From the NCBI GenBank assembly GCA_964016885.1, contig OZ024742.1, positions 154,504,001 through 154,568,000 on the forward strand: DNA of 64,000 nt, written 5' to 3'. Of this stretch, positions 39,215 through 51,100 are shown in pieces. This stretch comes from Eledone cirrhosa. Taxonomy: Eukaryota. A program made the translations under genes and the position numbers. How positions within the stretch are numbered: the stretch's first letter is position 1; every line of letters begins with the position of its first letter. The notes below the pieces were generated by a model. It saw nothing but the letters and a program-made list of their open reading frames with translations. It was not told the DNA's origin and made no database searches.

Positions 39215-40340
39215 GCTAGAAGCAAATGGGATGTAGTAGGTGCGATGAAAAGAATGAAGAGGGGAAAGTCGTCAGATATCGATCAAATAACCTCAGCGTT
39301 TTTAAAAGATATTGTTGATAGAATTGGTTGGTATGCTGCAAAGGATCTACAATACTGTTTGGAAGGAAGGAGAGACTCCTCAAATATTCTCAAAAAAGAT
39401 GATGTCACATGTGCCCCAAATAATTTTTTTTGGGGGGGAGTCGATGAAATTGACCCCAGTGGGTGACTGGTACTTTATTTTATCGACCCTGTAAGGATGA
39501 AAGGCAAAGTTAACCTCAGTGGGATTTCAACTCAGATCATAAAGGGCCGTAACTCTATGCGGCAAAACATGGCGTCCAACCCTCTACATATACTGTCATC
39601 CACCGCCCATGTGCACAAAATAATGGGAATTAGTAAGAGTTATATGCACCTCATTCTCTCGAAAAAAAATATTTCTCCGTATACTATTTCCAAAATATAG
39701 CCACTGAAGGAAGAATCAATGAGATGTAAAAAAAGATGATGGCTAAAAGTGATGACGTTCTGAAGGATGGGAAATTAGCGAAGTTTATCAAAATATTTGT
39801 CTTGGTGTGACCAATTGTACCATCATATGATGATGAAGGGAAGAGAAAAACAACATTACCCTCAGCAGCAAATTGAAACAAATCTGGACGAGAAATGATA
39901 TCCCTTGTACGATTAAAATTACGCGATATTATGCTTTTATAATTCCCATAGCAGACTATGTCCATAAAACCGTGACTTTCAGGCAAGAAGCCATGTAAAG
40001 ACATATTGTATTTGAAACAACAGGTTCAGGAGTGTGGAAGACAAGCTATACAGAGATTGTCAGAATCGGTGATATCCAAAGAAACATTGGAGTGTAATGA
40101 AATATACATACTCTAAGACAATTGAGTATGTTAGGCTGGTTCGGTTATGTGATTAGGTGAGATGATAGCTATGACAGAAAATCCTATAACTGAATTTCTT
40201 GGAAAAAATGTCACCGAGCAAACCTTTCAAGAAAAGGATGGATCAAACTCGGAAACGCACTCGGATACCACTGCTCACACTGGATAAGACTGCTGTGAAC
40301 AAGAGGAAGTGGACATGAAGTGTGCAAGAATATCATCAGT
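39215..40340 (+). pseudogene. Decayed RTE-like LINE fragments interrupted by a SINE (39420-39608, minus)
   Basis: DVVGAMKRMKRGKSSDIDQITSAFLK (RT N-terminus) and WFGYVIR (C-terminus). Confidence 0.6.
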
Positions 40341-40656
40341 ATTATGCAATTCAGATGATTTTTATATATCTCCTTATAATATATAACCAGCAATTTCTCT
40401 CTCTGTCTGTCCGACAGTGGAAACACGTGCGCGCGTAGTTGCTATCTCTCTCTCTCTCAAGCTATCCCTCTCTTTTAGTCTGTCTGTTTCTCTCACTCTC
40501 ACTCTTTCTCTTTGTAACACACTAACATTCCTCCCCTCTATCGCTGTGACGATTGGGGAGATGGAGGAGGAGGAGGAGGAGGAGAGAGTCACTTCGTCAC
40601 TTCACCTCTGCCTTTCTTTCTCTCCCCTCTCACTCCCTCATTACGTACAGACATTA

Positions 40657-40741
40657 GGGCGGTGGATTGGCAGAATCTGTAGAGATTCGGACACCATGCT
40701 ACATAGCATGGAGTTACGTCCCTTTACGGTCTGAGTTCAAA
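40657..40741 (+). mobile_element. SINE 5' half, truncated by a Helitron
   Basis: Consensus runs up to GAGTTCAAA, then switches to TCTATATATC. Confidence 0.8.
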
Positions 40742-41782
40742 TCTATATATCTAAAACAGAGAATGTCTGTCTGTCTGTCTGTCTGACTCCCCATAATTCG
40801 AGAACCACCCAACCGAGATTTTTCAAACTTTACACATGTAATACTTATGGCCGTGTGAGTGTTTTGAGAAAGACATATTTCAAATGTTTAATGCCCTAGG
40901 GACCGCATTAGGTGCCGGTTAGCGATCTCTCTGTCTTTTTAGATAGATAATAGCTATAACGTCGTGCCCTTATAATATCTGTCTGTATGTCTGGCTGTCT
41001 GCATTACGACATTATGACACTTTCTGTGTATGTGTGTATATATGTATATATAGTGTGTGTGTATATATATATATATATATAGTGTGTAACGTTTTTCGAA
41101 ATATTTACGTCTGCGTTCACAGATTGATTTGTTTTGTTTCAGAAGATCCCGTTAAGGGTGAAAGCAGCGATTCTGTGCTTAAACTTTAATCTAACATTGT
41201 GTATAAGGAGGTGCTACAATCATTGTTTAGGTAGACGAAGCAGAAAGGGATATACAAGGACGAGACTGTGTTAGTAGTGTGACCAACAGCAGCAAAAACA
41301 ACAACAAAAAACAGAGGGAACATAATTACGTGCTTTTGAAAAATCGTAATGGAAAATTATTTGCCTATTCACCCAAAGCGACTTCAATTTTTATTAGGAT
41401 TTCTGCATCAATTGGTGAACATACAACGAAACATTGAAAGGAGTAAGACCACACCATTCTCCACCACTGCAGTCCCACATGCTTACTGCTCTGTAACTAT
41501 TGCTTTCATTGTACCATAGCACAACGAATACATCTTCGGTTTGTCGAATGCCTTTTTACTTAATCCTATCGTCTTGGCTTTCGTGGGTTAAATATTTTAC
41601 TCTCAGGCACCCAGTTAAGTTAAACCCCTGGTAATCTACGATGAATTTTTTTTATAAGCACAAAATGTAGACACCATCCCCAGGCCGAGGTATTCCGTAC
41701 GTCTCTGTACTGTTTCAGAAAGGAGGGATAAACACGCCAATCTATGTTTAGAATCCCGAGCAATGCTGGTCCATTCTGCTAG
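40742..41782 (+). mobile_element. Non-autonomous Helitron
   Basis: A|TCTATATATCTAAAAC..(TGTC)n 5' end; 3' CCCGAGCAATGCTGG hairpin remnant + CTAG|T. Confidence 0.75.
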
Positions 41783-42860
41783 TCTCTATATATAAAACAC
41801 AGGATGTCTGTCTGTGAGTGTGTGGTGTAATCCCTAAAACTTGAGAAGCACCCAACATACTGTTTTCAAACTTTACAGATGTAATACTTATGTTTCAGGG
41901 AGTGTTCTGAGCAAAAAAGATTTAGAATGTTCATTGACTTAGGGACCGCATTAGGCGAAAGAGCTTTTTTCTCTCTAATATTCTTAGTCTTTCTCTTTTT
42001 AGATAGATACATACATAGAACGTCGCGCCGTTATAATATCTGTCTGTATGTCTGGCTGTCTGCATAACGTGACTTCCCAAAATTCCCTCTGCGTGCAGAT
42101 TTTCCATTTACGGCCCTTTGCCTCCGGTTATTCCGCCACCCTTGCTCAAGACAAATCTCACACTCATTCCCCAAACAATTGGTAAGTGTACACAACTTCT
42201 TCCTCACGTTTTAAGCCACAGGGTTGCTTACTTACGTACCACCAGACCCTTGCTTCTTTGCCAGCCGTGGTTGTGGCAATACTAAACTTAGCTAAGGTGG
42301 TTATATATTTCACACAACACTGGAAGTGAAAGCCGGTAAATATGTATTAGTCAGTCTCATATTCATACCGTGAGCAAAACAAATCCAACTTTTAGTGGAG
42401 CTTGTGAAATAAAGTCGATCCTGCAGCGATTAAAAAATCAGGTTTTCAGGTTATATATTTCACACAACACTAAAAATTAAAGCCGGTAAAGAAAAACATC
42501 GTTATAATAGCTTCAGTTTTCACAGTGTTGCTTACTTACGTGCCTTTACGAGAAAACTAAAAACTGAAAACCGATGTCTGTCTCTGTGTGTGTGTGTGTG
42601 AGTTTGAATCATTAAATCTCGAGAAGCACCCAACCGACTGTTTTCAAACTTTACATATGTAATACTTATGTTTCAGGGAGTGTTCTGAGCAAACAAAATT
42701 TGAAATATTCAATGCGATAGAGACCGCATTGGGCGATTTAGCGATCTCTCTCTATAATTGTTAGTATTTCTCTTTTTAGATAGATACATACATATAACGT
42801 CGCACCCTTATAATATATGTCTGTGTGTCTGGGTGACTGCATTACGTCACTTCCCACACC
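41783..42860 (+). mobile_element. Further tandem Helitron 5' segments (41783-42080 and 42570-42860)
   Basis: TCTCTATATATAAAACA..GAGAAGCACCCAAC..TTTTCAAACTTTACA.ATGTAATACTTATG..GACCGCATT.GGCG repeated. Confidence 0.7.
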
Positions 42861-44889
42861 GAAATGCGTTATTACTACAGTTTAAGGTGAACCCTTCAGC
42901 TAAGAACCTTCCCCTTGACAATTGGTGCGCCAATGTAAGGTCGTTAAGCGGATCGTTGTTCGTTGGGTGTTCTAGAGTTGGCAGCTGGTAGAGTCTTCTT
43001 GCATTTGCACAAGGACGAGGTAGGTTCTTTATCAACATTTCTTAAGGCAATCTTGTTGCCATTCATACGGCCTATTACCTGAAATACGTTTTCCCTCGGC
43101 TTCGGGTGACTACCTTCAGAGATGGACCTTCCGCTTCGCACTTAGCAGTCAATGTATGGCTACTAGTGGAAGCAACCGTAACACCCTCCTTCAAATGTCA
43201 GAGAACGAAGTGAAAGTGACTATTAAGGGCTATAAGTGAACGCTCACATGGCCCTTTTTAGGGCCACCACTTGAAATTGTTGATGGTTACCCCTCCTTAC
43301 TGGGCTATCAGTAAACGGCTTACACGTCCCTTTTAAGGGTCCTTGAAATAGCTGATAGCGACCCTTTCCTTTAGGGCTGCCAGTGAACGCGCACAACCTG
43401 CGGGCCCATTTTATTGCACCATTCCTATTTAAATTTGTTAAATTATACCCACAGTTTGATAAACGTTTGTCCAGTTACGTTTACTTACTAAGGTTTGATT
43501 TCTGCTATATCGAAGTCAAAAAAGCAAGTTTACTTATCATTTTTGTACATTAAATAAGGAATATCAATAAAAAGCCTTGTTATCCCACCAAAGCTTCATC
43601 AATATTTAGCTACACACCAGGCAATATAAGTTTAGACATACCATATAGATGAAGGGTATGACATATGTTGTTCCACTCAGGTCCATCAACAAAAAAATGT
43701 TTTAAAGATTTTTAAAAAGTAACTTGTATAATGTTTAGATGTCATATAATCGTGCTTGTTTATCGTGTAAGTCGTTAAAATCTTATGACTATCCTTCAAC
43801 TTTGAAGGCCATACCAACTACATAAGTAGAAGTAAATATTTTAGACATGAATCGTTGGGACTAATAATGGGAAATGAAAGATAAATGGAATGTTGTGCTT
43901 CGTATGATTCTCTGAAAATTATTAGCATTTAAAGTGGAATGAAATGTTTTCACAAACTTGGAATCGTTGTCTAATGTATTACATTTAGAAAGGTGTTACT
44001 TCATGAAGAACGTTAAACACTTTTTGTTTAGAATTTGTATGTTTTATATTTCATTCTTTCCTTCTTTATATGGGCTTTTGTTAGTATTGTTTTTTAATTT
44101 GTTTTTCTTCTCACTATTTGAACTAAACATCCTTGATTCACAAGCACAAACTAAGTGCCGTTGTTTGCAGAACCCTCTGTGATTAATGTTAAAATAAAGT
44201 CAATATCTTAATTGATTTTCGGTTGAGAGACTGAACAATACACACCTATGTAAACGTGTGCTTGCGTGTGCGAATGTGTATATATGCGTGCATACATATA
44301 CAAAGGCTCACATAAATTTATCGAAACACATGTACAAACACATGCATACACCACACATTCACATAAACACAGACTCACACCCAAGCAAACACACACACTT
44401 ATGTATATATACATATATTTATATATATATATATATGTACATTCATATAAATATTTCCACACTTGTTTTTGAATGTTCAGGCGTGTGTGTAGGCTATAGG
44501 GAATGTGTATTTGAATGACTCTATGATATAATTCTGCTAATGACATTGGTTCCTGTAGCTATACGTATTTAAAAACACACATGAATAAATAGCACTACTT
44601 CAAATCATAAAATCGTATTTTTGGTTTTATGTGGAAGTATATGTGTGATATAAGCCACCAAGTATATTGAGTGTAGATTGAATGTGATTACTACATAATT
44701 GTATTATATTCTCTTTAAAGTTTAACAAATTGCACCAAGCCATTTCTGTAATTTATGTTTAAAATATTATGTAATGCTCAGAGCGGAACACGTAGGGAGC
44801 TAAATTATTAAGTATTTACACTCTCATTTAATATCATAGAAATACGCATTTTCGCCATAGTATACACACACAACATCTCTCTTTTTCTG

Positions 44890-44948
<59 letters not shown>

Positions 44949-45033
44949 ATACTTTGGGAGGGTCATGTTGCCAATAAGAAACACACGCACCAGTTGCTAT
45001 ATATATATATACATATATGTATATGTATATACA

Positions 45034-45195
<162 letters not shown>

Positions 45196-45380
45196 GATAA
45201 GTCTACCAAAATATACGGTAGTGTCCAATCCGTATGAAGAACTCAATGTAATCAAAATATCATGAAAAGAGAAGATGTATTCAAATATTTTTTTCGAATA
45301 AAATCAAAGGAAAACAGAGTCAAGATAAATTAATAAAAACAATGAATAAAAACAAAGAAACGGTTCCTCATATTAAAAAA

Positions 45381-45519
45381 ATCATCATTTTACGATCGTT
45401 TCTAGGATATATATATGTGTTTGTTGATGTGTATATCATATAGATCTATGTAAAAATGTTACAAACTATCAGGGGAAATATACATTCCTACCCCTATATA
45501 TGCTGTCTTCAGAAATAAT
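45381..45519 (-). ncRNA. Type I hammerhead motif with about 100-nt stem II (PLE pseudo-LTR)
   Basis: Minus strand ATTATTT-CTGAAGA-[long]-GAAA-CGATCG-TA-AAATGAT. Confidence 0.7.
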
Positions 45520-45848
45520 TGTTTCTACGTTAGGCACAAGGCCAGCAAATACCCAGTACATTACTGGTACTTTATTTTATCGACCCCGTAAGGATGAAAG
45601 GCAAAGTTAACCTCGGCGGGATTTGAACTCAGACTGGCAAGGGCCGTAACTCTTTGCGTCAAGGCATGGCGTCAGAAATAATTGTTTCTACTTTAGGCAC
45701 AAGGCCAGCAATTATCCAGTGCATTACTGGTACTTTATTTTATCGACCCCGTAAGGATGAAAGGCAAAGTCAACCTCGGCGGGATTTGAACTCAGATCGT
45801 AAAGGGATGTAACTATGCTGGAAAGCATGGCGTCCGACTCTCATGGCG
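45515..45848 (-). mobile_element. Two tandem 5'-truncated SINE copies
   Basis: Consensus on minus strand, with TCAGAAATAAT before, between and after the copies. Confidence 0.85.
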
Positions 45849-47156
45849 TCAGAAATAATGATATTTGTTTATTGAAAAAAACCAACAAAGATTTAATACA
45901 ATAGGTCTGTTTGGGAACAGGTTTTGAATTGACCAATAGAAAAGTAGTAAGTGGTCAAGTTGATAGAATAGTATTAGTAGAAATTTAATTTAGAAGTAGA
46001 GGAATGCAGACTTTAGTTTTTAATGGAAAGACTACTTTGAATGAAAGGATTACTTTGGGGATAAAAAGAGGTCAAGCTGGTGAAATGTACACGAGAATTT
46101 GATGTTATTAAAGAATGATGCTAATGTTAAAATCGAAGGAGAATAACATGTTAGGGTAAATGTGTTAGTGAGAAATATCAATCTTATTTAAATTACAAGG
46201 AATTTAGATCTATAACAAGAAATTAAATTAATTTATTTGATAGGTATACTTATAGGGATAAATTTATATTTATTCATATAGATGGGATAAATAAGAGTTA
46301 GATGTTATTAAAGAATGTTGTTAAAAACGAAGAAAGAAAAATGTTTGGGATAAATGTATTAGTGAGAAATAACAAACTTATATAGACTACAAGGAATTTA
46401 GATTCATAATAGGAAATTAAAATAGATTATAGGTATACTTATAGGTATTAATTTTAAGAAAAGAGAGCTGTAAAAGGGAAATAAAATTATGAAGTTCTCA
46501 GTAGTAAAATACTAATTATAGGTTAACTAAATTAAAAAAAAACTAATTATAATAATTTGTAAATTATAAGTGTAAGGTGTATATTAATCAGGTTTATAAT
46601 ATTTGAAAGTTCTTCTAATTCTATGATTGCACATTATAATTAATACTTGTCGCTTATTTAATATGATATCCTTAGATTTCATTATTTCAAAAAGTTCCTG
46701 GGAACATAATCTACACTCATATCTGCTATTTTGATAAGGGGTGGCCCTTTTGAGCACACTCCAGGTCAGGTTATAATCGATATTTTTTTTCTATAATTAT
46801 TAATTATTTCAGCTAAGGATGTTGTATTAGCTAATGCGGCATTTTTAAAACTATGTTTGTGGGTATTAAATCTTACTTTAAATTGGTTGATATTTCTTAT
46901 TTAAATTTAATAGCATCAAATGTTCGTGTATATTTCTCCATCTAGACCTCATTTCATCCCCAAAGTAATCCTTTCATTCAAAGTAGTATTTCCATTCAAA
47001 ACTTAAGTCTGCATTCATCTACCCCTAAATTAAATGTCTACTACTACTATTCTATCAACTTGACCACTTACTACTTTTCTATTGCTCAATTCAAAACCTG
47101 TTCCCAAACAGACCTATTATATTAAATCTTTGTTGGTTTTTTTTCAATAAAAAAAT

Positions 47157-47295
47157 ATCATTCTTTCTGAAGACAGTATATATATGTGTAGGTATGTATA
47201 TTTCCCCTGATAGTTTGTACATTTTTTACATAGATATATATGATATACACATCAACAAACACATATATATCCTAGAAACGATCGTAAAATGAAAT
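47157..47295 (+). ncRNA. Type I hammerhead motif with about 100-nt stem II (inverted pseudo-LTR copy)
   Basis: TTT-CTGAAGA-CAGTATATATATGTG...CACATATATATCCTA-GAAA-CGATCG-TA-AAA. Confidence 0.65.
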
Positions 47296-47347
47296 TTGTT
47301 TAAATATAAGGAACTGTTTCTTTGTTTTTATTCATTGTTTTTTATTA

Positions 47348-47400
<53 letters not shown>

Positions 47401-47404
<4 letters not shown>

Positions 47405-48004
47405 TATGTATATATGTATACGTACATACATATATGTATACAGACGTACAGCAGTATGTATATATATACATACATGCACACCTATATATATATGCACGTA
47501 TCGGTTTACCGAACATTTATTATAATGTAAACAAACAAGTGAGAAATGAAATTTCGTTTCATTCTATTCCATTTATCGTTTTCGGTGCGCCCAGCCGACT
47601 AAACTCACTCGATATGCAAATTAGGCTGCTCAGCCATTAATATGCATAAGGAAAGTATATACTTTCAGACGTTCAACCATCTGCCAGGAAGGTATACGAT
47701 GCTGACGATAGCTAATAAGCTTGAAACTAGTACATCGTTCCTGTGTCAGTGTTGAACAAAAAGGTGACGTGGTTGCCTAAACACTGTACAGCGTAATTCG
47801 GGCTGTTTGTTTGTTTACAAACAAAAAAACCGAGCATTATAATAAATATTCGGTAAACCGATACGTGCATATAGATATATGTGTGCATGTATGTACATAT
47901 ATACATACTACTGTACGTCTGTATACATATATGTATGTACGTATACATACATACTTACATTTAAGTAACAGCCGTACTAAGAGTGAGAAATGAAATTTCG
48001 TTTC
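47401..48004 (+). mobile_element. Dispersed retrozyme-like repeat (one 444-bp unit plus overlap, inverted 5' segment)
   Basis: GTGAGAAATGAAATTTCGTTTC at 47539 and 47983. Octamer at 47614. 47401-47527 is an inverted copy of about 47835-47957. Confidence 0.8.
47696..47738 (+). ncRNA. Type I minimal hammerhead ribozyme
   Basis: ACGATG-CTGACGA-TAGCT-AATA-AGCTT-GAAA-CTAG-TA-CATCGT. Core intact, with a U.U mismatch at 10.1/11.1. Confidence 0.85.
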
Positions 48005-48045
48005 TTTCTATTACATGTATATACTTATATATATACATATATATG

Positions 48046-48077
<32 letters not shown>

Positions 48078-49599
48078 TTCTTTGTATGATCTCCCTCTCT
48101 CTAAATCTCTCTCTGTTCTTATTAAATGTTTCATGTTTGATATGTCTCTCTGGGTAAAATCTAGTTGTCTCGGATTGTTGACATTGCTCGACAGCACTGA
48201 CAATTGTTTGTATCCTAACTTTCAATTGGTGAAGGGTGTGTACCTGAAACTTGGTGAACGGACGGTCATATATATATACATATATATATATGTAGGGGGG
48301 GGGGTATATGAAGGAAATTGACGCGACTAATATATATCGGCGAAAGAATTACTGATAAACAAGCGTGTTAAACAAAGCTTATGAAAATTGTTCTAAGACT
48401 ATAGCGAACTGTTTACGTTTACTTCGGTTTTATATAAGCATTATTGGCGATGGCAGCAACTGTTATTTGTTGCTTTAATTCAGGAGAAAGCAGCTGTTCC
48501 TATATTTTCAATCCATTACGACACCTCAAATCTATGTTGTTAGTCGAGTCTCATAGAATCCATAATGGAAAAAATAATGAGGTATTGTTGTGAAGCCTTA
48601 CATAGCACGCCGGAATCCCATAGACAACCATGTTATAGTTCACAGTTTGTAAGATATGGAATGGATGTATAGACTGCTAACTTCTGGTTGAGTCTCAGGC
48701 CATCACCATATCTAAAAACATCAGGAAAGAGATATAGAGAAATAATCGAATCTAACACAGGGCTGAGGCATTTGTATCGACCTCAAAGAATGAAAGGCAA
48801 AGTTAACCTCGACGGGATTTCAGATTAAAGCGCAGAGGGCCTAAACAAACATCGCTGCGCATTCTATCCCACATTTTAATGATTTGGCCTATTCACTGCA
48901 TTCAAGCTATGAAATATAAGGGAATAAATCGAATACGGTTCGTTGTGTCTGTGATAAATTACTACATATATTGAGATTTTTATACACACACACAAAAATC
49001 ATCATTCTCTGATAATTCAAAGCCATTGCTACAGAGCAGTTAAGTTCGACAAGCCTGGCCTGTTAAGTGATTTTTATTGAATGTACAGTTAATTTAATTC
49101 TATCATCCTGCCTTTATGAAAGTGATGAACCTAATTCATCACGTTTAGTCTACTGTAAATCTCAGCAACTACATGAGATAGCTATGTGATATATGATGTA
49201 AAAGTTTAAAGAGTACGGAATATCCATCGTTTGTTTCTAGAAGGTTCACATCGCAGACAGAAGCTCCGGCAACATGTTTTTTGTTTAATACATGCATTCG
49301 ACCCTATATGCACTTTACCACTCCATCTTACCACTATTATCGAATTTAAAGACAAAACGATTTGTTATCAAACCAGTGCACCTTACCCATATATATATAT
49401 AGTCCAGAAATAGCCGTCGAAACGGCTTGAGCTCTGCCGTCGAAGTTGAACATTTTCCTATTACCCACTCTACTACCCTAAGTATTGAGTACTCTGGTGC
49501 TTTACGGTCCATCTGGTTCCTTACCACACCTCATTCGTTATATATATATATATATATTTATATACATACAGAATGAAATTGAGTTCGTCGCGATTATCT

Positions 49600-50220
49600 T
49601 TGATTTAAGTTATACAATATTTTCCTTTCCCCTCTACATTAGCGACGTACCCACACTCTTAAACATCCGAGTTATGACCCACAAATTGCTATTTACGTCT
49701 TCTTTGTCCGTCTCCTTACCCAGGCCACCGAACCAATTTCCGGTTCACAAAACAAGAAATTCTGTCATTCTGTTAAGAATTGTTCGACGTTCCAGTATTT
49801 TGGCGAAGATATTTGGGATGCATATAACAAAATAAAATATCGTACATCAAAAGCAAATCATTTTCCCCTTCTACATCCAATTAGATCAACTGCTTTTATC
49901 GGCTTTTTTCATAAATCTTTTCCTCAATTTCGAGCTGCAACACGCCAATAAAATACACAAAATATTCCACGTTTGTCTCCGGTTTACATTTTACCCGAAA
50001 CAGATAACGAAAAGGGCTACCGAGGATAAACAACAGAAACAAGAAAAATAAATTTAGTCTTAATATGAACAAACCATAAGAAAAATTAAGCTGTTCCAAT
50101 TATTTTAATGAGCCACAATTTTAACTGTGTCGCAGTTATCATGTCTTTGACGATTTAATTACTATTCCCTGTACCTTCCGTGATATCCACTATGTCCATA
50201 CAGGTCACTGATGTACAGAA
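49600..50220 (-). pseudogene. Decayed RTE-like LINE fragment
   Basis: Weak minus-strand motifs (WFG.L...; KG...LLY-like). Confidence 0.35.
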
Positions 50221-50717
50221 AACTACCTGTACACGCCCATTTCTATCTTTGTTATTAAAAATGACACATATAATCTATTGAAACATATTTACTGTCATGT
50301 ATTCAAATATATATGGGAAATAATTTACGAAAAATTCTTAATAGACTTGTATGAAATATATTATTACGAGAGGCGTATATTGAGCATACATGCATTCTGA
50401 GTATAAGGCTCAAATACCAAACATTTAACATCAAGTCACTGATCTAAACCTCGAAGACCCAACTAATTGAATTCACTGGCCTGAAATATTACGCTTCATA
50501 TGTCTTATCTAATACCTCTCCAACTAATTTTATTGTCTTCTAAAACAATCGAATTTAGTACTGGTCCTCGGGATATAGCGTTACAGACATTTCGACTACA
50601 ACATATCTCTAAATGTGTAAAAAGTAATCTATACTGATAAAATGGTTAAAGCATTAACTGATCATTCTCTACCACATAGGCACATAAAACCACATAATAG
50701 CACATACATATATAGAT

Positions 50718-51100
<383 letters not shown>

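Larger units (their letters stand above)
45325..47352 (-). mobile_element. Penelope-like element 3' fragment with inverted pseudo-LTR copies
   Basis: Arms 45325-46111 and 46907-47352 are inverted. The spacer encodes on minus STNF..RFNTHKHSFKNAALANTTSLA and NIDYNLTWSVLKRATPYQNSRYECRLCSQE (PLE GIY-YIG). Each arm carries an HHR. Confidence 0.85.

Noticed and set aside
42860-43400. GC-richer segment with short ORFs and imperfect repeats of about 75 bp
   Set aside because: Only a faint resemblance to Helitron protein fragments, in the wrong orientation; cannot be supported.
48349-48396. Hammerhead-like TTA-CTGATAA-ACAAGC..GCTTAT-GAAA-ATTGT-TC-TAA
   Set aside because: Uncompensated G8A change and only a 3-bp stem I; at best a decayed relic.
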